In this document: in pieces, positions 28,458-38,182 of the stretch
How positions within the stretch are numbered: the stretch's first letter is position 1
How the letters are laid out: each line of letters begins with the position of its first letter
DNA from: an uncultured bacterium
GTDB taxonomy: Bacteria; Babelota; Babeliae; Babelales; JACPOV01
DNA: 64,000 nucleotides
Assembly (NCBI GenBank): GCA_963744715.1
Contig: CAVUUR010000006.1
Coordinates: 148,299-212,298 of the forward strand
Direction of reading: 5' to 3'
The notes under the pieces: generated by a model
Told to the model about the DNA's origin: nothing
The model's database searches: none
What the model saw: the letters and a program-made list of their open reading frames with translations, nothing else
Made by a program: the position numbers and the translations under genes

Positions 28458-30056
28458 ATGAAAAAGTATTTTTTATTGTTCTTTATGGCATCGCCTTTGC
28501 GTGCTGATTTTAAAGATATAGAAGAATCATTACAATCTCTGGCTACTACGTTAGATACCATGCAAAATCTATTACAAAAAATGCCAACTGAACAACAGCC
28601 CCAACAACCGATTGAGCAACTAAAAACTCCGGTATTGACCATCAATTTTTCCTATGCAACGTTCAATGAGTGGTATACTGATTGCATGAAATTACCTTAT
28701 TACCGAGAAATGGGGACTGATTATTCACGCCAGCCGCCCAGACTTAGCGCAAATGAAGTAGATAGGGTTTTGAAAGGATTTACATCAACATTACGCGATA
28801 GTCCTTTAATCAAAAAAGAGCATTGGGTAGATCAAAAAGCAACTCCCGATGTTTCTTTTTTTGACCTTTCTGTGGAACTATTTAAACCGTATGTGCAAAA
28901 ATTAGTTGTTCCTAGTGACAGTGAAACGGCATTCCATGGAGATCTTCATGGCGATATTCATTCATTGTGTAAGTATCTAAAAGAATTGAGTAAAAAAGGA
29001 TATCTTGACACTAAAGATCCATTTAAGATTATCAAAAAAAATTTTTATATGATTTTTTTAGGTGATTATGTTGACCGTGGCAACTATGGCCTTGAAGTTA
29101 TTTACACCATTTTACGATTAAAAATAGCAAATCCCGATAAGGTGTTTATGGTTCGGGGGAATCATGAAGATAAATCCATAAACATTGATTATGGATTTGC
29201 CGAAGAACTTGATACAAAATTACCACACAATAAAATATTACATGATCATATTTATGGTCTATACAATTTACTTCCTGTTGCATTGTATTATGGGTCTGGA
29301 AATCCGACTTCATTAACTTTTTTCCAATGTTGCCACGGCGGCATGGAGCTTGGCTACTTACCGGAACAATTATTAGCCACTAAAGAATTAATTACATTTC
29401 AATGGTTAGGAACGTTAAACAGACCCGAAAATTTAAAAACGATTCTTGAAAACAAGTATAGGAAACTTGCCAACCAACAAAAAAATGTAAATTCTGTAGT
29501 AACAGGGTTTATTCAACAAACAGTTCCGCGACAAATTCAACAATTAAAAGATTATACTACTGCAGATATTGGTTTTATGTGGAATGATTTTGTAATTCAA
29601 CCAAATACTTATATTCATGCAAGCTCTCGAGGAAACATGATAGCCGAATATGGAGAACGCCTCACTTCCCTCATCCTCGAAGGCAGCATTAGCGAAAAAT
29701 ATAATCATACCGTTAAAGGTGTTTTTAGAGCACATCAACATAGTAACGAATTCACTAACCCATATGGCGAAAAAACTATGATGAGCGTTATTTTAGATGA
29801 TACGTATCCTAACAGCTTGGGGGTAGGAAAATTATGGAGAACAACAAAACGTTCCCAAAATCCTGCTACGCAATTATGGGATAATATAGTATGCACCTTT
29901 AATGTTTCTCCAGACACTGCCTATAGTAGGCCTAGGGGAACGTATCCTGGCTTTGATTTCGATACGTATGCTATGGTAAAAACAGGAAATAAGTATCCGG
30001 ATGATTGGAACTTTGATGTACATCGAAAAACCATATTACCAGCATTATTAAAATAA
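28458..30056 (+). CDS. Secreted PPP-family Ser/Thr protein phosphatase (eukaryote-like)
   Basis: GDLHGD, GDYVDRG and RGNHE metallophosphoesterase motifs. Signal-like MKKYFLLFFMASPLRA. N-terminal Leu/Gln helix plus a Pro/Gln linker. Confidence 0.8.
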   Translation: MKKYFLLFFMASPLRADFKDIEESLQSLATTLDTMQNLLQKMPTEQQPQQPIEQLKTPVLTINFSYATFNEWYTDCMKLPYYREMGTDYSRQPPRLSANEVDRVLKGFTSTLRDSPLIKKEHWVDQKATPDVSFFDLSVELFKPYVQKLVVPSDSETAFHGDLHGDIHSLCKYLKELSKKGYLDTKDPFKIIKKNFYMIFLGDYVDRGNYGLEVIYTILRLKIANPDKVFMVRGNHEDKSINIDYGFAEELDTKLPHNKILHDHIYGLYNLLPVALYYGSGNPTSLTFFQCCHGGMELGYLPEQLLATKELITFQWLGTLNRPENLKTILENKYRKLANQQKNVNSVVTGFIQQTVPRQIQQLKDYTTADIGFMWNDFVIQPNTYIHASSRGNMIAEYGERLTSLILEGSISEKYNHTVKGVFRAHQHSNEFTNPYGEKTMMSVILDDTYPNSLGVGKLWRTTKRSQNPATQLWDNIVCTFNVSPDTAYSRPRGTYPGFDFDTYAMVKTGNKYPDDWNFDVHRKTILPALLK

Positions 30057-30075
30057 CGTTGTTATTATAAGAATG

Positions 30076-31508
30076 TTATGCAAGTTCCATAATAATTTTT
30101 GCTTCACTAAAGTAGGTTTTTGTACCTTTTGTCAGCTGATATTCATCATGCCCTTTACCTAATAAGGCAATAATGGAACCAGCTTGCGAACACGCGTATG
30201 CTTTTTTGATTGCCTGTTCTCTATCCAATTCATATATGATAGTTGCTTTTGTATCTTTTGGAATTCCCTGCAAGATCTCCTGAGCAATAGATTCAGGATT
30301 TTCAGAACGAGGATTATCTGAAGTAATGATAACAATGTCCGCTAATTGAGCGGCAATTGAACCCATGATAGGTCTTTTTATGCGATCACGATCCCCACCT
30401 GCACCAAAAACAACAATAAGATGTGGTGTTAATGCTCGTAATGTACTAAGAACTGCTCTGTATGAAGAAGGATTGTGTGCATTATCGATAAAACAATATG
30501 CACCATTATCTAAGGTATATTTATTTAATCGTCCGGGCACTGAAGTAAATGAAATAAATGCCCGCACAACGTCCTTATGAGAAATACCACACTGCAATGC
30601 CAACGTAGCGGCAGCTAATGCATTATACGCATTAAATATTCCCATTAAGGTAGGAATTTCATAATCATAGGTATGATTATTTTTTGTTATCGATAGTAAC
30701 AATCCATGCAATTGCTTATCAACAACACTACCCCGCACCATCGCTTGCGTATTGGCAAATCCTATACTGATAACATTATCGCCGGAAAGTAATTTTTGAC
30801 ACCAACTATCGTCGGCATTAACAATTACCTGTCCTCCCGGTTGTAATTGTTTAAGCAACGTGCATTTTGCATTAAAATAATCATCAATGGTGGGATAAAA
30901 TTCAGAATGTTCGAGATCAAAATTAGTAAAAATGGCCCCCGCAAATTCAATCCCCCATGTTCGATAGAGCGAAAAAGCTTGTGCGGCGGTTTCCATAATA
31001 ACATAATCAATATCAAACATAACGCACTCATTAAAAAAAGCATGTAAATAATCAGGATGCTGCGTGGTCAAATTGGTATGAAAATCATGCCCGAGAATAC
31101 TATTTTTTACACTGCTTAATAATGCTGTTTTAAATCCGGCAGAACGCATAATATGTTCAAGAAGAAAGCAGGTAGTAGTTTTCCCTTTAGTGCCTGTTAC
31201 GCCGAAAATGCGCAGTTTTTTTGCTGGAAAATTAAATGCTTGTGCACTTAACTGGGCGAGCGCATGCCGCGCATTATCTACACGCATAAGGTAACGTTAT
31301 GTTGTTTGATGGCATATTCTGCATCCTCAGGAATATTAACGCCGTTTTCTATTACAATCGTGCAAGCACCTTTTTGTATAGCCAGTGCAATATAGTTCAC
31401 CCCATCAGTTTGCATTCCTTTAATAGCAACAAAGGTCGACCCCTTGCTAAGGTAATCGGTATGACAGGTAACGGGGAAATATGGTGGTAACGATGGAATA
31501 TTTTTCAT
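30076..31508 (-). CDS. murE: UDP-MurNAc-tripeptide synthetase MurE, split into two overlapping ORFs at 31278-31287
   Basis: The 76-aa N-terminal ORF (GSTFVAIKGMQTDGVNYI) ends with TAG 4 nt after the ATG of the 403-aa ORF (FGVTGTKGKTTT, DNAHNP, GAGGDRD). Confidence 0.8.
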
Positions 31509-31635
31509 GTGGATAATTTGTTATTTAGATATAACCTTACGATTAAAACTGAGTGAACGTACAAAAATAATGCTTTTAAGTATATTAAAAAAAATAGTAT
31601 GTTGAAATAAGATAAAAAAATTATAGGAAGAAACT

Positions 31636-32051
31636 ATGAAATTATTGGCTCTCGATCTTGGTGATCAATGGACGGGATCAGCGCTTTCAGATTCATTACA
31701 GATGTTTGCAAAACCGTATAAAACAATAGCAACTTCCTCAGCTTTAATGAATTTTTATCGACTACTATTGCTACTGAAAAAATTAGCACCATTGTTGTTG
31801 GACTCCCTATAACGTTAAAAGGAAAGGAAAGTGCACAAACAAAAAAAGTAATCAGCACAAAGCAACATTTAGAACAATGTTTTCCTACTATCACCTGGGT
31901 TTTATGGGATGAACGCTTGACCAGTCACTATGCTCAACAGTTAAAAAAGGCCGTAACAAAAGAAGAAAAACTGCTCACGCATTCACGAGCAGCGGCTTTT
32001 ATTTTACAAACGTACCTCGATTATCTTAATTTAAAAAAAAAGGCTTTATAA
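31636..32051 (+). pseudogene. ruvX: Holliday-junction-resolvase-like RuvX/YqgF with one frameshift near 31740
   Basis: [19 protein letters not shown]... runs into a stop. A second frame continues [17 protein letters not shown] ... WDERLTSHYA ... AAAFILQTYLDYL to the TAA at 32049-32051. Confidence 0.65.
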
Positions 32052-32180
32052 TAGACAATTATTAATAAAAAAGGAAATCATTGCTCTATAACTACCTAAA
32101 GTAATCACATTGCTATAATAAAATGATATACTCTTATTAAAGAGAAGAGTTTGTAGGCATATACTATTATAGGAGATAGT

Positions 32181-32363
32181 ATGAAGTGTAAAAAATGTTC
32201 AGGCCTTATGGTATTACAATCATTTTTTGATCATTTTTTAAATTTTGAGGGTTGGAAATGTTTAAATTGCGGTAAAGTTATTGCAAAAAAAGAAAAAACC
32301 CTTGAATATGATGCTTTTAGTTTATTTTATCAACAACAAAAATGTAAGAATAGAAATAAGTAA
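32181..32363 (+). CDS. Small zinc-ribbon protein
   Basis: 60 aa with CKKC ... CLNC. GGAG lies upstream. Its TAA overlaps the tsaB ATG (TAATG). Confidence 0.5.
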   Translation: MKCKKCSGLMVLQSFFDHFLNFEGWKCLNCGKVIAKKEKTLEYDAFSLFYQQQKCKNRNK

Positions 32364-33034
32364 TGCTATTTTTTTTGGCAATTCAGTGTACGTATGAAAG
32401 CCTTGAAATAGGTCTCTATCAAGGCACTACTGCACTTGATTATATGGTAGAACCTAAAATAACAGCAAGCAAATACATCATTGTACATATTAATACTATT
32501 TTGACGCGCAATAACATAACCATCAAAGACCTTTCTTTTATAGCGGCAAGTCAAGGACCAGCACCGTTTACTTCTTTACGTGTTGTTTTAGCGACCGTCA
32601 ATGGATTACAGTATGCCACGAACCTGCCCTTAATAGGCATTGACGGCCTTGCAGTATTCATAAATACCTATTATCAACCACCATGTACCCTTGCTTTATT
32701 AAATGCCTACAATAATGATTGTTATTATGCATTACGTTGTAATGATTCAATAAAAATCGGATGCAAAAATATTGATACATTATTGGAAGAAATGAGGCCT
32801 TGTATACAACAACATGTACAGTATTGCATTGGCAATGCTGCTTTACTATTTGCCCAGAAAATCAAAACAATAAATTCTTCCATTGAAATTCCGGAACATA
32901 TTCCCTTATATCCCCCCTTAGATGCGATAGCGCAAACGGCTTTAACACAATATCGGTCAACTACTAATGTACATAAGCAATTATTCCCTCTTTATCTAAA
33001 AGGAATTATGTATACCAAATCAATCAATAGCTAA
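32363..33034 (+). CDS. tsaB: tRNA t6A biosynthesis protein TsaB (YeaZ)-like
   Basis: LAIQCTYESLEIGLY ... SQGPAPFTSLRVVLATVNGL corresponds to the aid.s..vAl ... GPGSFTGLRIG pattern, but is divergent. Confidence 0.65.
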   Translation: MLFFLAIQCTYESLEIGLYQGTTALDYMVEPKITASKYIIVHINTILTRNNITIKDLSFIAASQGPAPFTSLRVVLATVNGLQYATNLPLIGIDGLAVFINTYYQPPCTLALLNAYNNDCYYALRCNDSIKIGCKNIDTLLEEMRPCIQQHVQYCIGNAALLFAQKIKTINSSIEIPEHIPLYPPLDAIAQTALTQYRSTTNVHKQLFPLYLKGIMYTKSINS

Positions 33035-33058
33035 AAAATAACGTCGGTTATTGTTCAT

Positions 33059-33856
33059 TTATAATAATGATCGCAATAATACCGCAGCACATACTGCTGC
33101 TTGCTGTGCACGTAAAACAGTGGGCGTTAATGTTAGAAATTCTATGTGATACTGACGCAAGATTGTTTTTTCTTGAAACGTTAAATCACCCTCTGGGCCA
33201 ATGATGAAAACAAGATCAGTCGGTTTATTCATTCTTGCTTGTTGTACAAAAGAAAAACAATCAGTTCCTTGAGGATCAAAAAAAATATTTATTTTTTTTT
33301 CTTTTTTTTGTGCACTATGCATTTCAATAAGTTCTTGTAATGATACAGGATTGCGAATAGATGGAAATGAAAAATTTTTAGATTGTTCTGCCGCAGCAAT
33401 AGTTACATTGTGCAATCTCATCAATTCCTTATCGCCACCCCACGAGCGTTGTTGTTTTTCCGTATGCAACAATTGTATTTCAGAAACTCCTGCTTCCACT
33501 AATCCATATACTGCCTCAGTTAACCCTTCCCGTTTCAACATCGGCAATACGCAGGTAATATGCGGTTTATGTACAACATTGTTATGCTGTTCTAAAAGAA
33601 TTACATGGCAAGATTTTTTTTCAGAAGTTTTAACTAATTGCAAAACTCCATATGATTGTTGATCAAAAAGAATAATATGCTCGCCTGCGCTTAAGCGGAG
33701 AACACGAGTTATACGATGACACAATAATTGATCATCAATAATTATTTCTTGATTAATCATTACTGATGCAACGTACGAAGAAAACTGCGGCCAATATAAT
33801 GAAAATTGATGTTTATTATTTGCTAAATCGTTCATAGATTCTTGAATATAATACAT
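33059..33856 (-). CDS. rsmE: 16S rRNA m3U1498 methyltransferase RsmE
   Basis: HRITRVLRLSAGEHIILFD and C-terminal IIGPEGDLTFQE ... LTLTPTVLRAQQA. The start could instead be 33835 (MNDL). Confidence 0.75.
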   Translation of the reverse strand: MYYIQESMNDLANNKHQFSLYWPQFSSYVASVMINQEIIIDDQLLCHRITRVLRLSAGEHIILFDQQSYGVLQLVKTSEKKSCHVILLEQHNNVVHKPHITCVLPMLKREGLTEAVYGLVEAGVSEIQLLHTEKQQRSWGGDKELMRLHNVTIAAAEQSKNFSFPSIRNPVSLQELIEMHSAQKKEKKINIFFDPQGTDCFSFVQQARMNKPTDLVFIIGPEGDLTFQEKTILRQYHIEFLTLTPTVLRAQQAAVCAAVLLRSLL

Positions 33857-34520
33857 GTTTTAATTGTTTATATGACTCAGCACAATATTCTCTTAGATCA
33901 ATGTAACGCATTAATAATGCAATACCAACCTGACGAATCATTATTTCTAATCTAGAAAGTTCTTCTGGTTGATAATCTAAATCGGGCAACTCATTAAATA
34001 ATTCTTGATCAAAATTTACTTGAGGATGAGCTTCTTTTTCTGGCATCATAGCAACCAGATTAAACTCCATCAAAAGATCCTGCGGAATAAGAATCCCATG
34101 AGCGTACGTAAGATTTTTTTCAAAGATAACAGTACCAAGTGTTGTTTTCGTTTTTTGTAATTGTATAAAAGGAACATCAACCTCGAGCATTATTTTTTGT
34201 TGATTTTGTCTATCCACCAATGCTTTAACGAAGTAACAACCGATATCATGAGCGTTAAGACCATCATGCCATAATGATGAAATACTATCCCAAACAACGC
34301 GTCGATACACACATTTAGTTTTCTTAATATACAATACATCTCCATGCAGTAGATGTTTAGCAGAAACTACGCCGATATATTCGTTATGTTCTTGGTCGGA
34401 TAAAATCATCAATAGTGAATAATGTTTTTCAAGTATATCAAAAGAAAGTGGCATTGAAATAATAGTGTTCGATGCAATGAACATAGTAATAATGACACAC
34501 CATATTTTCTTTATATCCAT
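33816..34520 (-). CDS. Membrane-anchored protein of unknown function
   Basis: Start taken at MDIKKIWCVIITMFIASNTIIS (single N-terminal hydrophobic segment). No recognisable motif. Confidence 0.5.
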   Translation of the reverse strand: MDIKKIWCVIITMFIASNTIISMPLSFDILEKHYSLLMILSDQEHNEYIGVVSAKHLLHGDVLYIKKTKCVYRRVVWDSISSLWHDGLNAHDIGCYFVKALVDRQNQQKIMLEVDVPFIQLQKTKTTLGTVIFEKNLTYAHGILIPQDLLMEFNLVAMMPEKEAHPQVNFDQELFNELPDLDYQPEELSRLEIMIRQVGIALLMRYIDLREYCAESYKQLKHVLYSRIYERFSK

Positions 34521-34612
34521 ATATCCATCCTTTTCCGTTGTATTATTGCAGATATTATAATCATTATGCAATGATAATGTTTAGTATAGCATCTTTTATC
34601 AAAGGATACATT

Positions 34613-36148
34613 ATGCATGGCAATATTTATGCATCACATCCTACACTTCTTATCATTCTTGATGGCTTTGGCTATTCACCGTCTGCTCATTATAACGCAA
34701 TACTGAATGCATATAAACCAACCTTTGATTATTTACTGGAAACCTTTCCTCACACCTTATTAACGGCTTCAGGAACTGCTGTCGGCCTCTTGGACAATCA
34801 ACAAGGAAACTCTGAAGTTGGACATTTAACCATTGGAAGTGGCCGCGTCATTGAACAAAATAGCACACGCATTGAAAAATCCATTGATGATGGCTCATTT
34901 TTTTCTAACAAAATACTCCGCAATAATCTTGATTATCTTCACAAAACAGGCAAAAAACTTCATATAATGGGACTGCTTTCGGATGGTGGCATTCATAGCA
35001 ATACAAAAACACTGTATGCACTATTAAAGGCCGCACATCAACACCACATAAGCGCAGTTGTTATTCATGCATTTTTGGATGGGCGCGATGTTCCTCCCCA
35101 ATCCGCGACTCGTTACCTAGAACAATTAGATAAAGAATGTACCCAGTACCATAATGTACACCTAGGAACTATTCACGGGCGTTTTTATGCAATGGATCGA
35201 GATGATAATTGGCTACGAACAGAACAAACGTATCGTGTTATTACAGAAAAACAAACTATTACTTTTGCTCACTGGCGTGACGCATTAACTTATTATTATC
35301 ATGAACACATTACTGACGAATTTATTCCACCAACACAATTAGATAGTAAAGGCATAGTGCAGGAAGGTGATGCTGTTATTTTTTTTAATTATAGGGCAGA
35401 TAGAACGAGACAATTAACCGATAGTTTTGTTGATCCTCATTTTCAACATTTTCAAAGAAAAAAAATTGCATTGGCACGGTTCATAACCTTAACCGATTAT
35501 GATCTACATTCAACATCAATCGATATTGCATTTCCTTCTATGCCCGTTGCTAATACGTTAAAAGATGTATTAGCTCATGCAGGAAAAACTATTTTTTCAA
35601 TAGCGGAAACAGAGAAATATATTCCCATAACCTATTTTTTTAACGGTTATAAAAATTCACCCATTGCCCATGAAACCTGCATATTGATACCATCGTTACC
35701 ACGCAGTACGTATGTACAATTTCCTTGCATGTCCGCTCAAAAAATAACGGAAACGGTTGCCCATTCTCTGCGTACTCAACCGTCTGATTTTTATCTTATT
35801 AATTATGCAAATGCTGATATGGTGGGCCATTCAGGAAATTTTAACGCAACCGTAAAAGCAATTGAATGTCTTGATAAACAACTACAAATACTCGTTCAAG
35901 CAGTACGGCAATGCAATGGTACGTTATACATAACCGCTGATCATGGCAATGCGGAAGATAAATATGATCCTATCACACGAGGGCCAAAAACGTCGCATAC
36001 TAGCAACCCCGTTTATTTTATTATGATGAACAATGATACTGCTCACAAAAAAATCTCATTACCATTAAAAGGATTAGCCGACATTGCTCCTTTTATTTTA
36101 AAAAATATGCACCTTGCAATACCACCTGAAATGAATCACGTACCATAA
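34613..36148 (+). CDS. gpmI: 2,3-bisphosphoglycerate-independent phosphoglycerate mutase
   Basis: LIILDGFGYS, GNSEVGHLTIGSGR, NYANADMVGHSG, ITADHGNAE. AAAGGA lies upstream of the ATG at 34613. Confidence 0.9.
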   Translation: MHGNIYASHPTLLIILDGFGYSPSAHYNAILNAYKPTFDYLLETFPHTLLTASGTAVGLLDNQQGNSEVGHLTIGSGRVIEQNSTRIEKSIDDGSFFSNKILRNNLDYLHKTGKKLHIMGLLSDGGIHSNTKTLYALLKAAHQHHISAVVIHAFLDGRDVPPQSATRYLEQLDKECTQYHNVHLGTIHGRFYAMDRDDNWLRTEQTYRVITEKQTITFAHWRDALTYYYHEHITDEFIPPTQLDSKGIVQEGDAVIFFNYRADRTRQLTDSFVDPHFQHFQRKKIALARFITLTDYDLHSTSIDIAFPSMPVANTLKDVLAHAGKTIFSIAETEKYIPITYFFNGYKNSPIAHETCILIPSLPRSTYVQFPCMSAQKITETVAHSLRTQPSDFYLINYANADMVGHSGNFNATVKAIECLDKQLQILVQAVRQCNGTLYITADHGNAEDKYDPITRGPKTSHTSNPVYFIMMNNDTAHKKISLPLKGLADIAPFILKNMHLAIPPEMNHVP

Positions 36149-36187
36149 TTTTCATAGTTCAAAAAAAAGCTCGGGGGGGAAATGGGT

Positions 36188-37474
36188 ATGAAAAAAATAT
36201 TTTACATATTATATGTAATCGGTAATTATTCTTTATGTATGGATTATAATGATCAAACTATTCCTTCTTTGCGCACACTAGCAGCACAGATGTATACCAC
36301 GCATAATAATAACCCCTATGAATTTAGCAAAAAAAAGATACCTGACGATTGTCAAAATCTGCTAGCTCAAGCATGGTGTAATAATAATCCGGAAAAAGTT
36401 CCTCACTACGTATATCAATGCAATACCTTATCTGAGCAGGCATCTAAACAAACTATACTATGGGGGGATTGTGATACTCTTTTGATGGCTGATAACAATA
36501 ATTTTACTATTTTTGATATTTGCTCCGACACGGTAATTAAAAAAATTCCTCTTGATCAAGGATTTCACAATAACTACGCACAACTATCAACCACTATGAT
36601 TGCCACTGCTCACAAAGACAATAAAATAATAAAACTCTATGATATAAAACATGATACCGAATCTCTCAATGCATATAACCATAGTTTTTCTCTTGTTCCG
36701 TTATTTCTTGATGAAAAAAACATCATGTTAACTGAATATAACTTTCCCAATATTGCATATTTTTGCTATCAACTTGAACCATGGCAAGAAAAATATGTTA
36801 TTGATACGCAAACTTTCGTAAAAAATACTTGTTGCGCCGTAGGGATAGCGAATAATACCTTTATTGTTAATAATCCCCCTCTTGGCATTCATATATTTGA
36901 TCTGAACGACGGGCGACTACAAGAAATATTGCCAGAAAGCAGCCGAATAAAATCGGCACTACTTTCAGGAGATAAAACAATAGTTGGTGGCTACCAAACA
37001 CAAGAAGGTTCATTAGATGCTCTTACGTTATGGAACCTCGTAACTAAAAAAAAATCCGTGGCTCATTATCTGCAATCGCCATTTTTTCTTACCGATAATA
37101 AAGTTTTTTATTACACCAATAATGAGGTATTAGATTTGCAGAAAAATGTGTTCTATAAACCTTATTACATCGCATCAAAAAAGATCAAAGACAAACTTTT
37201 TATTCCTCAAAAAGTTTGTAATGCTCATAATATTATGCTTCTTACTACCAATAATGTATCACCAGAATTTTTTGTAACTAACAACAACGAACCATCAACG
37301 TTACATGAACTGCTTGGCGCATTAGATGTTGCATCATTACTGGAACAAACAACTACCCTAACGACTGCGCAACAACGAATTAATGAACTAGAGGAACAAC
37401 TACAAAATTTGCCTCATGATAGTGATAAAAAATCTATCGCACAAATATTGCATTCATTAACAGATAATTATTAA
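36188..37474 (+). CDS. Secreted protein with F-box-like N-terminus and degenerate WD40-like repeats
   Basis: Signal MKKIFYILYVIGNYSLC followed by MDYN. IPSLRTLAAQMY and KIPDDCQNLLAQAWCNNNPEKV align with the 9556..12711 family. Later segments such as DNKIIKLYDI and DALTLWNL look WD-like. C-terminal helix RINELEEQLQNL. Confidence 0.55.
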   Translation: MKKIFYILYVIGNYSLCMDYNDQTIPSLRTLAAQMYTTHNNNPYEFSKKKIPDDCQNLLAQAWCNNNPEKVPHYVYQCNTLSEQASKQTILWGDCDTLLMADNNNFTIFDICSDTVIKKIPLDQGFHNNYAQLSTTMIATAHKDNKIIKLYDIKHDTESLNAYNHSFSLVPLFLDEKNIMLTEYNFPNIAYFCYQLEPWQEKYVIDTQTFVKNTCCAVGIANNTFIVNNPPLGIHIFDLNDGRLQEILPESSRIKSALLSGDKTIVGGYQTQEGSLDALTLWNLVTKKKSVAHYLQSPFFLTDNKVFYYTNNEVLDLQKNVFYKPYYIASKKIKDKLFIPQKVCNAHNIMLLTTNNVSPEFFVTNNNEPSTLHELLGALDVASLLEQTTTLTTAQQRINELEEQLQNLPHDSDKKSIAQILHSLTDNY

Positions 37475-38182
37475 TTAAGATACACTATTATAATCCTCAA
37501 TAGATAGTTCATTATCCCTTTTAGGGTTATATTCACCATTCGATACTTCTTTGAATGTACTATCAATAGAAACAATTGCTTCAAGCATTTCTATTATTTT
37601 GGGTAAATCATACTTTGCTTGGGATAAACCATAATACGTTGCTATGGATAACGCATCCCTTCCTTGATTATCCGTCAAAGCTGTTTTAATACTAGAGCCA
37701 TATAAAAACAAGACTCTGAACATTGTAAGCGCATTGGCAATTCTCTTCTCTCTGTCTTTCTTCTTACCCATATACTCGATTAGCGTAATTAATGGCGTAG
37801 CATTATCAATAGCTCTTTGCACATTACGATCCGCGCCACGATTAAGTGCTTTTTTAAACTCACTAACGTTATTATTTTGTATCGCGTCAAAAAGGTTTCC
37901 ATTTAGTATTTTTTGTTCAATACCAGCTCTTGTTTTCAAATCATCTAAAAATTGCTGACTATCTTCTGATGAATCGGGTGATGTTGCATGATTACGACAT
38001 AAAAATTCTATTTGCTTTTGCAGCGTAACTGGTTGAGAAATAATTTTTTTTCCTTCCTCCCGCTCCTCTAGCGATGCCAGAAGAGTTGCCATCCCATTAT
38101 CCGATATTTTATTCTCACTTTGATACATCTTTTCCATCTCCAGCAGCAACGAATCGGGTCTCGGGAAACTTTCTAATAGCAT
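37475..38182 (-). CDS. Ankyrin-like repeat module protein (second copy of the module in 38115..39131; no signal peptide)
   Basis: KISDNGMATLLASLEEREEGKKIISQPVTLQKQIEFL ... NLFDAIQNNNVSEFKKALNRGADRNVQ ... LTDNQGRDALSIATYYGLS is collinear with the upstream ORF. Confidence 0.55.
   Translation of the reverse strand: MLLESFPRPDSLLLEMEKMYQSENKISDNGMATLLASLEEREEGKKIISQPVTLQKQIEFLCRNHATSPDSSEDSQQFLDDLKTRAGIEQKILNGNLFDAIQNNNVSEFKKALNRGADRNVQRAIDNATPLITLIEYMGKKKDREKRIANALTMFRVLFLYGSSIKTALTDNQGRDALSIATYYGLSQAKYDLPKIIEMLEAIVSIDSTFKEVSNGEYNPKRDNELSIEDYNSVS

Noticed and set aside
31634-31894. 86-aa minus-strand ORF
   Set aside because: It is antisense to the clearly recognisable (frameshifted) ruvX/yqgF gene on the plus strand.
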